Source of the DNA: Aureliella sp.
GTDB lineage: Bacteria; Planctomycetota; Planctomycetia; Pirellulales; Pirellulaceae
Assembly: GCA_963691875.1 (NCBI GenBank)
Contig: OY829846.1
Coordinates: 4,192,001-4,256,000, forward strand
DNA length: 64,000 bases
Direction of reading: 5' to 3'
The position numbers were made by a program, and so were the translations under genes. Shown here piece by piece: positions 41,219 to 50,211 of the stretch. The notes below the pieces were generated by a model. That model made no database searches and was not told where the DNA came from. It saw only the letters and a program-made list of their open reading frames with translations. The stretch's first letter is position 1, and each line of letters opens with the position of its first letter.

Positions 41219-41266
41219 ACCATGGTTCGGCCCAAGGTTGGGCCCAAGGTTGGGCCCAAGGTTGGG
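41219..41266. repeat. Tandem 12-bp quasi-palindromic repeat (CCCAAGGTTGGG x3 plus 1 degenerate)
   Basis: Perfect units at 41231-41242, 41243-41254 and 41255-41266; degenerate ACCATGGTTCGG at 41219-41230. Confidence 0.95.
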
Positions 41267-41656
41267 CTAAACGAGGCAACTTGAAGGAGGCCCGCGAGAA
41301 TCGGGGACCAAGATATCCGTACTCGGAAAATGATCGGGCCGCCGCCGAGATAATGCCTGAACGAGAATGGGTAGAGAAGGAAGCTCACTGGCGACTTCAG
41401 GAGAGGTAAAGCTCGTAAAAACCGACTGGCAGATGCGGCAGTCTTTGTGGTCGTGAGACTTTTGCTTCGAGTCATCATGTTTCTCTGTGGCCGCATGATG
41501 CTCGCAACCGCATGTGCTGCAAACCAGATTAATGGGGCCGCTTGAAGCTCTGGCCGCACTCGAATGATTGAGTGCATGCAACGCCGCTGGGACGTTCCCT
41601 ACGAGCAGTAGGCCGCACAGGGTCAGAGCGAAGATTTGCCGGGCCAAAGAAGACAT
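41267..41656 (-). CDS. DUF2946-like leader protein (signal/TM, His/Cys-rich, CxxC, terminal RGPP)
   Basis: N-terminal hydrophobic helix; CSTCGCEHH; HDHKDCRIC; Pro-rich linker; DSRGPPS six residues from the end. Confidence 0.8.
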   Translation of the reverse strand: MSSLARQIFALTLCGLLLVGNVPAALHALNHSSAARASSGPINLVCSTCGCEHHAATEKHDDSKQKSHDHKDCRICQSVFTSFTSPEVASELPSLPILVQALSRRRPDHFPSTDILVPDSRGPPSSCLV

Positions 41657-41984
41657 GAAGTGCTATCGGTTGGTGAGAGTAAGTCCGGCCAAGAATCTAA
41701 TCTTTACGTTCTTCCATGGCTCTAGGTTTGTCAATAGACAGAAATTCATGGCTGCCCAGCAACAGATACCGCACCTAGAAGGCCACGAATTCATCAAAAA
41801 TTTCACGAGCCAACAAACTTTTTAGACTATCGGTAACAACTAGAAAATATGCCCCGTTTCATGACGAATGCGTGAAAATGAACTAAGCTTGAAAAAATTG
41901 TTGTGCAGAGCTCACACGAAAGACAGCTCTTAAAAAATAACACTCGTGCTCTGAAAACTGAAGATACAAGGCATTATCAGCGAG

Positions 41985-42704
41985 ATGCACACCCACGATC
42001 TCACGCTTGGACTAGCTTTTGGCCTGGGAGCTTTGCATGCTCTCGAGCCGGGTCATGGGAAGACTGCAATGCTCGTCTATCTCTCAGGCGAGCGCAGGAG
42101 CTTTCTGCATCCCGTTGTGATGGGACTGTCGAGTGCGATTTCTCATTCCGTATCTTTGATCGCCATCGCCGCAATGGTGCATTTGACGCACCATTTGCTG
42201 ATTGACGATCATGAGCATGCAGAAGAGGGCGGGGTAACCCTTGGTTTGCAATGGGCTTCTGCGATTCTCGTCATGGGAGTTGGGATCTGGATGTGTGTCT
42301 CCGCTTGGCGTGCCAAACCGGCCAACTGCGGATGCTCGAGCCACAAATCGAGTTGCGATCACGACGCGGATCAGTCCGATAAGAAAGGCTTGCGAACAAG
42401 CTACTCCATGAGTGCTCTCCTCGGTGTCGCCTTCGGCCTATTGCCATGTCCGTCTGCTCTGGCAGCTTACTTCACAAGCATGTCGAGTGGCTCACCCGTA
42501 GCCGCATATGGAGTAATCGGTCTCTTCGCTGCTGGCATTGCTTTTTCCCTCACTCTGGTTGGAATTGCGGTGCAAGCTTTTGGTGGACGAATTGCGAAGA
42601 GCAATCGAACTTGGCTCATGAGTTTCCCTTGGGCATGGACTCGCGCGATCCTGATCACCGGCCTGGGGGTGTTTTATCTCTACCGCACATCCGCCATCGC
42701 ATAG
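41985..42704 (+). CDS. Nickel/cobalt transporter (RcnA/NicO/UreH-like)
   Basis: GALHALEPGHGKT signature; SHS; His/Cys-rich loops; GLLPCPSAL. Confidence 0.85.
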   Translation: MHTHDLTLGLAFGLGALHALEPGHGKTAMLVYLSGERRSFLHPVVMGLSSAISHSVSLIAIAAMVHLTHHLLIDDHEHAEEGGVTLGLQWASAILVMGVGIWMCVSAWRAKPANCGCSSHKSSCDHDADQSDKKGLRTSYSMSALLGVAFGLLPCPSALAAYFTSMSSGSPVAAYGVIGLFAAGIAFSLTLVGIAVQAFGGRIAKSNRTWLMSFPWAWTRAILITGLGVFYLYRTSAIA

Positions 42705-42741
42705 AGACGTTACAGGGCAGGGCAAGTCAGAGTTTCAATCT

Positions 42742-42815
42742 GTGAGCCAACGTCGCGAGACGCGGGCTCATGTTTTCTTGGTTAAGCCTGACGCTAGCTA
42801 GCGCTGTAGGCTCAC
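42742..42815. repeat. REP-like palindromic element, family B copy 2
   Basis: GTGAGCC...GGCTCAC termini; aligns with the reverse complement of 10687-10754; lies between convergent genes. Confidence 0.75.
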
Positions 42816-42864
42816 TCCAACAGTCTGAAAAACAATGATTGGCCTACGTTGCGGGGCAGGAGTA

Positions 42865-44112
42865 CTAATTGTCGGATGTACTATCTCGCAAGAACGGAAA
42901 AATCGTTTTCGCGCGTTTAAATGCATCTGGAGACGCTTTCTCGCATGCGTCGAGCGCCTTGGCTGCCTCTGGTTTAGGACATGCCCGAAGGTAATTGATG
43001 ATCGGCACGAGAAGCTGTTGTTGCTCGGCCTCTGCAGCGGCCAGAAATTTGGTCTTTAATGTTTCGACATGAGACCAATCCTCGAGTCGGGCCATGTCTG
43101 GGATCACCATGTCGACGCAGTCGGCATCATCAAGCAATGAGGAGAGTGCTTTGCAGATTCGCTTCTTGTCAAATTTTTGAAACTCTTGCGCGTGGACACG
43201 GAGTGCTGAGAGCGCCGCGAAACGCTCCGAGTGATGCCTTTCAGAGCTGCGAAATAATTCAAGTTCAACTCGCTCTAGCGCCGGTTCACTTCCAAGTAAT
43301 AGATAGGTGGAGATAGCTGCGTCCAAACCAACTGCGTCTTGTGAAATCGGCTTTTCTTTTCTTGCAGTCATCTGACGTTCGATGGCCGCCCAGGCAAACT
43401 TCGCGTCTTCCTTTTCCCCGCAAAGTCCCAGGATAGCCCAATAGAATCGGCGATGACTGACCGAGACCTCATTCTGCTCCAGACGCTCCCGAATCGCTTT
43501 CGGTCCAAGCTCCTTGCTCCATGGCCGGAGTTCCTCGGTCGAAACTTTCGCGAGAGCATTGTAGGAATCGCGCTGGACCCAAGTGTCCTCTGATTCCAGG
43601 TGCTTCCAGTAAAGGTTCAGCCAGCGATACTTGTCGCGCGAACTCGCCAAGACTTCCTCGCGGATGGATTCCGCGCCATGTCGCGCGAGCCATTCAGGTG
43701 ACTCAAGCCGCGAGTAACCAAAAACATGCTGGACGTAGTCCAGGCAGGACTTCGACATCGGTTCGACAGGCGACCAAGCGAGTTCGCCATCCTGCCCGAT
43801 GCAAAACATCAAGGTACGTTCACCAACCTTGTACCTCTTGAGCGAGTAGGCTTGAACAACGGTGCCAACTAGTTTGAGGGACGCATCGATTTGCTTCGCT
43901 TCAGCGGCGCTTGGAGCCAAACTCTCAATGCGGAAAGAATGAAGTGGAAGATCGCCAACTTGGCGAACTGATTCGGTGCAGATGGCAATGGCAACATGAT
44001 CGACTTGCGACAGTTCTTCGCGAAGGCAGGGCGCTAACGCCGAGCAGAACGGGCACCCCAATCCAATCCTGGCTAGGACAAAGATGAAAGCTAGGGTAAG
44101 CCAATAACGCAT
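42865..44112 (-). CDS. Secreted hypothetical protein with N-terminal CPFC motif and HEAT-like helical body
   Basis: Signal peptide then CPFCSA; LGLCG; VIPDMARLEDW; PIINYLRACP. GGAG RBS. Confidence 0.8.
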   Translation of the reverse strand: MRYWLTLAFIFVLARIGLGCPFCSALAPCLREELSQVDHVAIAICTESVRQVGDLPLHSFRIESLAPSAAEAKQIDASLKLVGTVVQAYSLKRYKVGERTLMFCIGQDGELAWSPVEPMSKSCLDYVQHVFGYSRLESPEWLARHGAESIREEVLASSRDKYRWLNLYWKHLESEDTWVQRDSYNALAKVSTEELRPWSKELGPKAIRERLEQNEVSVSHRRFYWAILGLCGEKEDAKFAWAAIERQMTARKEKPISQDAVGLDAAISTYLLLGSEPALERVELELFRSSERHHSERFAALSALRVHAQEFQKFDKKRICKALSSLLDDADCVDMVIPDMARLEDWSHVETLKTKFLAAAEAEQQQLLVPIINYLRACPKPEAAKALDACEKASPDAFKRAKTIFPFLRDSTSDN

Positions 44113-44160
44113 TATTGCTCCAGACGGGATTCGCGATCGAGCGTTTGAGACTTAGGTCAA

Positions 44161-44802
44161 TCAAGCTTGTTCAACCAAAGGGTGAAACGCCGGAACTTGG
44201 GCTCGCAGCCGAATTTCACACTCGAGGCTGGCGAGCCTAGCATGAAACTCATCTGCTCGCCCTGGGTAAAGCCGTACAAGTTTCTTACAAAGCGATCTCA
44301 ACAAAATACATGTAGCGAGCCCACCGCTATCCCGACTCGGCGCTTCGAGGTACTCCACGTGATGCCCTTGATTTTTTAATCGCTCAGCTGAGATCGGGTT
44401 GATGTGATTCCGGGAAACGAAAAGCGTCGTTTGCTCGAAATCCACCTGTCCACGCAGGCGATTCTGATGTCGCAGGTCGATTCGCCGGACCTTGGAGTTC
44501 GAACCCACAAGTTTCTGCAAGCAATATTGTGTTTTTGGGTCCGCGGCACAGAGCAACAGTGGTTCGTCTGCGCGAACCGCCGTGATTTGTAAGCCTAGAA
44601 CTAGAAAGAAAACGAACGCGACTGCTCTTCGCCTTACGGAACAAGCACCCTCGCCGAGCCTCAAATTGCTTGAGGCGGAGGGCGAGTCAGAATCTGCCCG
44701 CCTAAATTCGCTGCCAAATAGTATTCCACTGTGTGAAAACACTTTCCATTGGCAGGAGCCCTGCTGCCGGTCGCCTAAAACTGCTCGAACACTCACGGTC
44801 AT
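44161..44802 (-). CDS. Secreted hypothetical protein, weakly resembling part of a ZnuA/TroA binding protein; carries an in-frame repeat element
   Basis: Signal-like RRRAVAFVFFLVLGLQITAVRA; C-terminal LCKKLVRLYPGRADEFHARL resembles the TroA linker helix. Downstream of a TGCA-N7-TGCA site; start set at ATG 44802. Confidence 0.5.
   Translation of the reverse strand: MTVSVRAVLGDRQQGSCQWKVFSHSGILFGSEFRRADSDSPSASSNLRLGEGACSVRRRAVAFVFFLVLGLQITAVRADEPLLLCAADPKTQYCLQKLVGSNSKVRRIDLRHQNRLRGQVDFEQTTLFVSRNHINPISAERLKNQGHHVEYLEAPSRDSGGLATCILLRSLCKKLVRLYPGRADEFHARLASLECEIRLRAQVPAFHPLVEQA
44673..44776 (+). repeat. Dispersed ~105-bp element (family C) copy 2, inside a CDS
   Basis: AGGCGGAGGGCGAGTCAGAATCTGCC...AGTATTCC...CTGCCGGTCGCCT. 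Confidence 0.8.
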
Positions 44803-44874
44803 TGCCCTTCCCCGGTCATTTGAATCCAAAGGCAGCTCTATTTGACTCGACTATAGCTGATGCAAGTCAGATGT

Positions 44875-44895
44875 AAATGCATACGATTTGCATTT
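44875..44895. promoter_or_regulatory. Fur/Zur-type palindromic operator
   Basis: AAATGCA-tacgatt-TGCATTT, perfect 7-7-7 dyad. Confidence 0.7.
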
Positions 44896-44934
44896 ATATC
44901 AGGTTCATCATGACCGAAGAGCCAGTGGCGAATC

Positions 44935-47112
44935 CTACTCGGAGCTCTCGCTAGGTTGAGTGCGAGATCTTGAGATCTGCAGAAACAGTGTGCCGCCGAG
45001 CAACAGGCCGACAGAAATGACCAACAACCACCAGGGCAAATGCTCTTGGTTTAGCTGTCCGATATTCCAGGATTCCAATAGATCTTTGGACTGAACAATC
45101 ATCAGCAAGAGGCTGTTGTGGATTGCATGCAGCATCATCGAGGGAATGACACTTTGGCTTCGATAGGCAACGCTTCCCAGCAGGAAGCCCATAAGCGTAC
45201 TGGGCAGCAATCGCTCCGGCGAAGCAGCCCCGGCCAAAACAACATGAAAGAAGCCGAACGCCAATGCAGATACCGCTACGGTGCCGAATGCAGTCAAGCT
45301 TCTTTTTAATCCGTTAAGCAGGTAACCGCGGAAGAAGAACTCCTCGCAAACCCCAGGCACAATACCTAGGCAGATTACGATTAGCCAATTTGGCACTTCT
45401 TTCCAGCCAGCTAGCAACTCGTCCACGTTCTCGATCTGACTTGGATCGAACCCGCGTATCCCAAGGCTCTGGGCGAGGATCACTAGCTCAAAAACCAAGG
45501 GCCAAGTACCGAGGCCGAACAAGGTAGCTGCAATCCAGTAATTCCATTTCGCCTTCTTCCACCCTGACCCCTCAGTGGGCGATACTCGCAGCCAGCGCAA
45601 GAGCAGCCAAGGCACGCCGATGAACAACACGATTGTAAGTACCGCAGAAATCACCAAGCGATTGGCAGGCTGACCTTCTTCCCCACGACTCATGATCCCT
45701 GAGGCGATGAAGTAGGCAGGAAACATGAGGGCTAGAGTTGACAGTGCCGCTGAAAGCGATGGCAACTGGACTTGCTCTTTGGGTCGCTCGATCAAATCCT
45801 TCCAGAGTCCTCGGCTGCCAACCGCTACGGCATCATTCCCAAACACACGTGCGGCAAATGACAATGCGGCAGCGCCGTAAAGAATCGTTGAGATAAAGGC
45901 TGCAGTGGCTGGCAATTGCGGAACGCTTCCTTCGAGTAACTCGCGTGTCAGCAAGAGAACGTTGACGAGCGGAATTACAGCAGTCCCAAATCCAAGACTC
46001 CAGCCCGGAAGGAGGATGACCATTCCTGGTGCAAGCGAAAGGAGTAGTAGCGGAATGAGATAGGCTTGGGCTTCTTTGAAGCTTCTTGCTGAACTGGTCA
46101 AAAGAAGCAGCACGGCTGAATAGAAAAAGGCAAAAACGTTCAGCGCGAAAAACAGCTTCAATCCCAATGCGAGCGTGAAGCCGTTTTCTCCCAGCAAGCT
46201 CTTATCCAGCTGAAGCGCGAAAAGTGTCAAACTCATTGCCAGTAAGTTCATCAGCCCGGTTAGCATGGTTACCACGACAACGGCCACATACTTTGCTGCT
46301 AGCAATCGAAACTTAGGCACCGGCAAAGCCATTAATGCTTCCATCGTGTTGCGCTCGCGCTCACCGGCTGTCAGGTCAATCGCCGGATATACGCCTCCGG
46401 TCACCGTCATCAGAAGCAAGATCAACGGCAAGAGCCCGAGAATGGCAGAACCAGTTTCGGCAGGAGTGAGCATCGTACGTGACTGCTCGATCGGAATCGG
46501 CAAGCTTTGCCCATTCTGATTGGCCCAACGTTTGATCCATTCAATGTTTGCTGCAGCCAAGTGCTGTTCGACAAACAGGGCGACTTCGGCACTCAAAGCT
46601 GAACCATCGTTTTGCAAAAGCTCGACGCTTGCTTCGCGCTGCACCGCCTCATTGGATTCCTTGAACTCTACCTTGATTCCCAGATCCGCAGTCGTCTGCA
46701 TGACCATCTGCTCAAGGTCAAAATCCTTGTCGTCATCGGGAACTAGGAGCTGCAATTCAGGAGTGCCTTCTGGCTTCTCCACCGCAGCCAAGTCTGGATC
46801 TGTGGTTTGCAGCGCCTCAGAGACCCACATTGCCTCCTCTTCCGTTTCGAAAGCCAGGCGATAGGCGTACTGTTGAGTTCCCGATGATGGCAATGCAATG
46901 AACCGTAGCCCAAGACCGAGCAGTGGGTAGAGCAGTAGCGGCATCACCATCAGCGTTACCGTCGTGCGACGATCACGCAGCGTCTCACGCAATTCTTTAA
47001 GCGTGAACTCCATCTGCTGAGAAAACGAAAAAGGGACTCTCGCGTTTATGTGGCTTTCTTTCACCCGAGATTCAACCCGCGTCTGTTCTTCAGTCATGCT
47101 GTTATCCCTCAC
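44935..47112 (-). CDS. ABC-2 permease fused to CPBP protease (NatB-like)
   Basis: [30 protein letters not shown]-terminal [18 protein letters not shown]. Confidence 0.9.
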   Translation of the reverse strand: MRDNSMTEEQTRVESRVKESHINARVPFSFSQQMEFTLKELRETLRDRRTTVTLMVMPLLLYPLLGLGLRFIALPSSGTQQYAYRLAFETEEEAMWVSEALQTTDPDLAAVEKPEGTPELQLLVPDDDKDFDLEQMVMQTTADLGIKVEFKESNEAVQREASVELLQNDGSALSAEVALFVEQHLAAANIEWIKRWANQNGQSLPIPIEQSRTMLTPAETGSAILGLLPLILLLMTVTGGVYPAIDLTAGERERNTMEALMALPVPKFRLLAAKYVAVVVVTMLTGLMNLLAMSLTLFALQLDKSLLGENGFTLALGLKLFFALNVFAFFYSAVLLLLTSSARSFKEAQAYLIPLLLLSLAPGMVILLPGWSLGFGTAVIPLVNVLLLTRELLEGSVPQLPATAAFISTILYGAAALSFAARVFGNDAVAVGSRGLWKDLIERPKEQVQLPSLSAALSTLALMFPAYFIASGIMSRGEEGQPANRLVISAVLTIVLFIGVPWLLLRWLRVSPTEGSGWKKAKWNYWIAATLFGLGTWPLVFELVILAQSLGIRGFDPSQIENVDELLAGWKEVPNWLIVICLGIVPGVCEEFFFRGYLLNGLKRSLTAFGTVAVSALAFGFFHVVLAGAASPERLLPSTLMGFLLGSVAYRSQSVIPSMMLHAIHNSLLLMIVQSKDLLESWNIGQLNQEHLPWWLLVISVGLLLGGTLFLQISRSRTQPSESSE

Positions 47113-47882
47113 GCGATCGCACTGATACTGGCAGAATCGGCTGTACTATCGGCCACCGATGACTCATCGCGCATCAGCCGCAGGAAGATTTCAACCAGTG
47201 ATGGTTGGCCAGTTTCTTGCTTCAATTCTTCGAGCGTTCCCTCGTACTTGAGTTTGCCGCGATAGAGCAATCCGAATCGATCGCAAAACCGTTCAGCCTC
47301 TTCCAGCTGGTGTGTGCAGACGATGATGGCCTTGCCGGCTTCGCGTAGAAGCTGCACAAAATCAAAAACCACTTTTGAGCCGACAACATCGAGTCCACGA
47401 GTGGGCTCGTCGAGCAAGACAACCGGTGGGTCATGAACGAGAGCACGAGCTAAATTGACACGCTGAGACTGCCCGGTGCTGAGTGTTGCACAGCGTCGAT
47501 CTAAGAAAGTTTCCAACTCCATGCGTTGTGATAGCTCAGCGATACGCTCCGCAACCTGCTCTTCATTCAAGCCAAATCCGATCGCGAAATAACGCAGCAT
47601 TTCACGCGGGGTCAACCACTGATAGAGGCCGGCACTTGCAGATACCAAACCGATAAGGCGTTTCATACGCAGCGGATCCACGGAAACGCTCGAATCTAGG
47701 ATCGTTGCATCACCGCTAGTCGGCTCAAGCAAGCCTAGGATCATTCTCAGAGTCGTTGTCTTGCCCGCCCCATTGGGCCCAAGCAAGCCGTAAACCTCGC
47801 CGCCTCCGACCTTAAAGGATAAGCGATCGACTGCAACCACTTCACCGTCGTATGTTTTAGTAATTTCGCTGAGCTCGATCAT
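47109..47882 (-). CDS. ABC transporter ATP-binding protein (NatA-like)
   Basis: [20 protein letters not shown]-loop. Confidence 0.93.
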   Translation of the reverse strand: MIELSEITKTYDGEVVAVDRLSFKVGGGEVYGLLGPNGAGKTTTLRMILGLLEPTSGDATILDSSVSVDPLRMKRLIGLVSASAGLYQWLTPREMLRYFAIGFGLNEEQVAERIAELSQRMELETFLDRRCATLSTGQSQRVNLARALVHDPPVVLLDEPTRGLDVVGSKVVFDFVQLLREAGKAIIVCTHQLEEAERFCDRFGLLYRGKLKYEGTLEELKQETGQPSLVEIFLRLMRDESSVADSTADSASISAIA

Positions 47883-48023
47883 GCGAATTCTCTCGAATGA
47901 AGAGTGATTTCGTCTTTTGCTCCGCGACAGCTAGCTGGTTTTTGATGCGGAGCAAAAGTCGATTAAGAGTGAAAACTCTAGGTACCTTGCAATCGGTACT
48001 GATCTTAACGACCAATGGTTCGC

Positions 48024-48044
48024 AGTTGCACAACCATTGCAATT
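48024..48044. promoter_or_regulatory. Fur/Zur-type palindromic operator
   Basis: AGTTGCA-caaccat-TGCAATT between the divergent ABC and FmdB-like genes. Confidence 0.65.
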
Positions 48045-48204
48045 AGAGTGAGCAATTTTTTGCAAGTGTCGCTAGGGGGATATTTGCTGTCTAGGCGGGA
48101 ATAACAAGGTTGTTCCGTAATTTCGCAATGATGGGGCGAGACGTGCAGGCCGAAGCGATCTATGATGAGTGTACGCAGGTAGGAATCTTCCAGAAGAGTG
48201 TGCT

Positions 48205-48411
48205 ATGCCAACCTATGAATACGAAACAATACCAGAAAAGGATGGGCAAGAGCCAAAGCTGTTTGAAGTAGTTCAACGGATGATCGATGAACCGTTGACA
48301 GAGCACCCTGAAACCGGCGAGCCAGTACGTCGAGTTATTTCCGGTGGCATTTCACTGCCGGTTTCGTCCAAGGGTGGCGACTGCTGTGACAGCGGTTGCT
48401 CCTGCGGCTAA
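48205..48411 (+). CDS. FmdB-family zinc-ribbon-like small protein lacking the ribbon cysteines
   Basis: MPTYEY...FEVVQRM.DEPLTEHPETGEPVRRVIS; tail GGDCCDSGCSCG. Confidence 0.85.
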   Translation: MPTYEYETIPEKDGQEPKLFEVVQRMIDEPLTEHPETGEPVRRVISGGISLPVSSKGGDCCDSGCSCG

Positions 48412-48425
48412 GCTCCTGCCTCAGG

Positions 48426-49223
48426 TCAACTTCGAGATGACTCGATCTGTGCGTAGGCATTGTGCTGGTGGATTGACTCGAAATTTTCGGACGAACAGCG
48501 GTACCATGCGATTCGGTCATCTTCATTGAGAATGACAGCTATATCGCGAACGATATCTTCTACGAACTTCGGATTGTCGTAGGCCGCTTCCGTAACATTC
48601 TTCTCGTCTGCTCGCTTCAGCGTTGGAAAGACAGAGCAGGATGCTGCTTTCTCAAGCATGCTAAAAAGTTCGTCCACGCCAGCTTCGCAGCCAGATGCAA
48701 ACTCGACGCTTGCTTTCAACTCACAACGTTGATTGTGAGCACCATAGGCGGAAATCTCTTTTGAGCACGGGCAAAGACTGGTTGCAGGGCCAGCTATGGT
48801 TGTACGAATTCTGTTTTCTTCACCCAACTCAATTTCAATGCAGACGTCGAGCTGAAGCATGCCCAGTTCGCCAGTTACTGGAGCCGCACGATGCACAACG
48901 AATGGAAATCGAAGCGTGCCGCAAACCTGGGATGCACCTAGTCTTTCCCGCATCCGCCCGAACAGCTCCGTCAAAGTCGCGTAGTTCAGTGGCTGATCGT
49001 GCTCAAGCAGAACCTGCACAAAACGGGACATATGGGTCCCCTTCTGATCTGCGGGGAGCGCAACGAACATATCCACCGAGCCAATCGTACTCTGCGCTTC
49101 GGCCGTGCTTTCGGACGTGGGAGCAAATCGGAAAGACCAAGGAACCTTGGTTACACCAACCTGATTGATCGACATATTTCGTGCGTCTGCATACGACTGC
49201 ACATCAGGGAGAGTTTGCATCAA
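48426..49223 (-). CDS. folE2: GTP cyclohydrolase IB (FolE2)
   Basis: LPDVQ; KGTHMSRF; TSLCPCSKEIS.YGAHNQR; LKRADEK.VTE.AYDNPKFVED.VR; ESIHQHNAYA. Confidence 0.95.
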   Translation of the reverse strand: MMQTLPDVQSYADARNMSINQVGVTKVPWSFRFAPTSESTAEAQSTIGSVDMFVALPADQKGTHMSRFVQVLLEHDQPLNYATLTELFGRMRERLGASQVCGTLRFPFVVHRAAPVTGELGMLQLDVCIEIELGEENRIRTTIAGPATSLCPCSKEISAYGAHNQRCELKASVEFASGCEAGVDELFSMLEKAASCSVFPTLKRADEKNVTEAAYDNPKFVEDIVRDIAVILNEDDRIAWYRCSSENFESIHQHNAYAQIESSRS

Positions 49224-49280
49224 AGTGCTCGATTAGATAGCCAGCCAAGGAGTCGAATATCGTCCATTCAGAAGGTCGAC

Positions 49281-50006
49281 TCAGTTTGCTGGCTTGGTTG
49301 GGCAACAGCCGCAACGACAGGAAAACCGACGATTGATCAAGTGAGCGCAAACCAGCAAGATTCCACCAAAAGGTGTTACGAACGGAACGAGTCCTGCCAT
49401 CACTGGGCTTTTGTCCGCAGAATCAACCAGCTGAGGATTGTTCTCATTATCATTTGCTTCTTCGGATTTGCATAGCTCACAGTCGCAAACAGTCCCTACA
49501 GTCTGAGAGGAAGAATCTGAACCAACTACAGCCATTTCTTCCGCCGGAGCACAGCAAGCACAAGTGTGCTCCAATGCAAAAGCAGCCACGCTAATGCAGG
49601 TAAGTCCAGCCAAGGCAACGCCAGCAGGTAACCAACGTTTGTGCCGTCGCCACCCTGGAACGAAGGAAGCCAGAGCCAAAAACGTGCAAACTACCACCAT
49701 AACCTTGTGGAACGCCTCGTCAGCCAGAAAACTGAGGCCGAACATTGGCAGAAATGCGATGACGAATGGCATCGCTGCGCAGTGAATGGCGCAAGCGATC
49801 GAAGCAAGAATGCCAAACCAGTCAGGCAATATAGATCCAGATGCTGCCTTTTCGGAGGCGGCACTTCCTGGGGCGATTTCATCTATGACAACTAAGCTCG
49901 ACAAGGTGTCATTCCTGAGGCTAGTTTCTTCGCTTCTGAGATCCGGGGACTTCCCAGCAACTGCAAATCGGTCACTAACCCGATCATTCTCTACTAACCC
50001 CAGCAA
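49281..50006 (-). CDS. MerC-domain membrane protein with Cys-rich insert
   Basis: DWFGILASIACAIHCAAMP; EAFH; GWRRH; AHLINRR. Real start probably TTG ~49904 (AGGA upstream). Confidence 0.85.
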   Translation of the reverse strand: MLGLVENDRVSDRFAVAGKSPDLRSEETSLRNDTLSSLVVIDEIAPGSAASEKAASGSILPDWFGILASIACAIHCAAMPFVIAFLPMFGLSFLADEAFHKVMVVVCTFLALASFVPGWRRHKRWLPAGVALAGLTCISVAAFALEHTCACCAPAEEMAVVGSDSSSQTVGTVCDCELCKSEEANDNENNPQLVDSADKSPVMAGLVPFVTPFGGILLVCAHLINRRFSCRCGCCPTKPAN

Positions 50007-50008
50007 TT

Positions 50009-50048
50009 TAATGCAAATCTATTGCATTTGCAACTGGATCTGAGTTGC
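50009..50048. promoter_or_regulatory. Fur/Zur-type operator plus adjacent second dyad
   Basis: TAATGCA-aatctat-TGCATTT (50009-50029), followed immediately by GCAACT-ggatctg-AGTTGC (50030-50048), between merC-like and fur-family genes. Confidence 0.7.
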
Positions 50049-50211
50049 GGGCAAAAAAAGGTGAGTAGGGTATTTCCGGCCGATGGGCCCCAGATCTCTA
50101 GGGCTAGTCAAAATGCGATGCTATACTCCTAGGTCAGGTCTTCCCTTTCGATTCCCGTTTGTTACCTAGCTGGTCACGCGGTTTGGGTTACCGCACGAAT
50201 GCGGTGCGTAT

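Noticed and set aside
41219..41266. CRISPR array
   Set aside because: Units are 12 bp, directly abutting with no spacers, and there are no cas genes.
41091..41279. ORF MPRLAQPWAQPWAQPWAEPW... as a repeat-core RiPP precursor
   Set aside because: The peptide repeat is a by-product of the DNA tandem repeat. It has a TTG start inside the leader gene, no clear RBS and no adjacent maturase.
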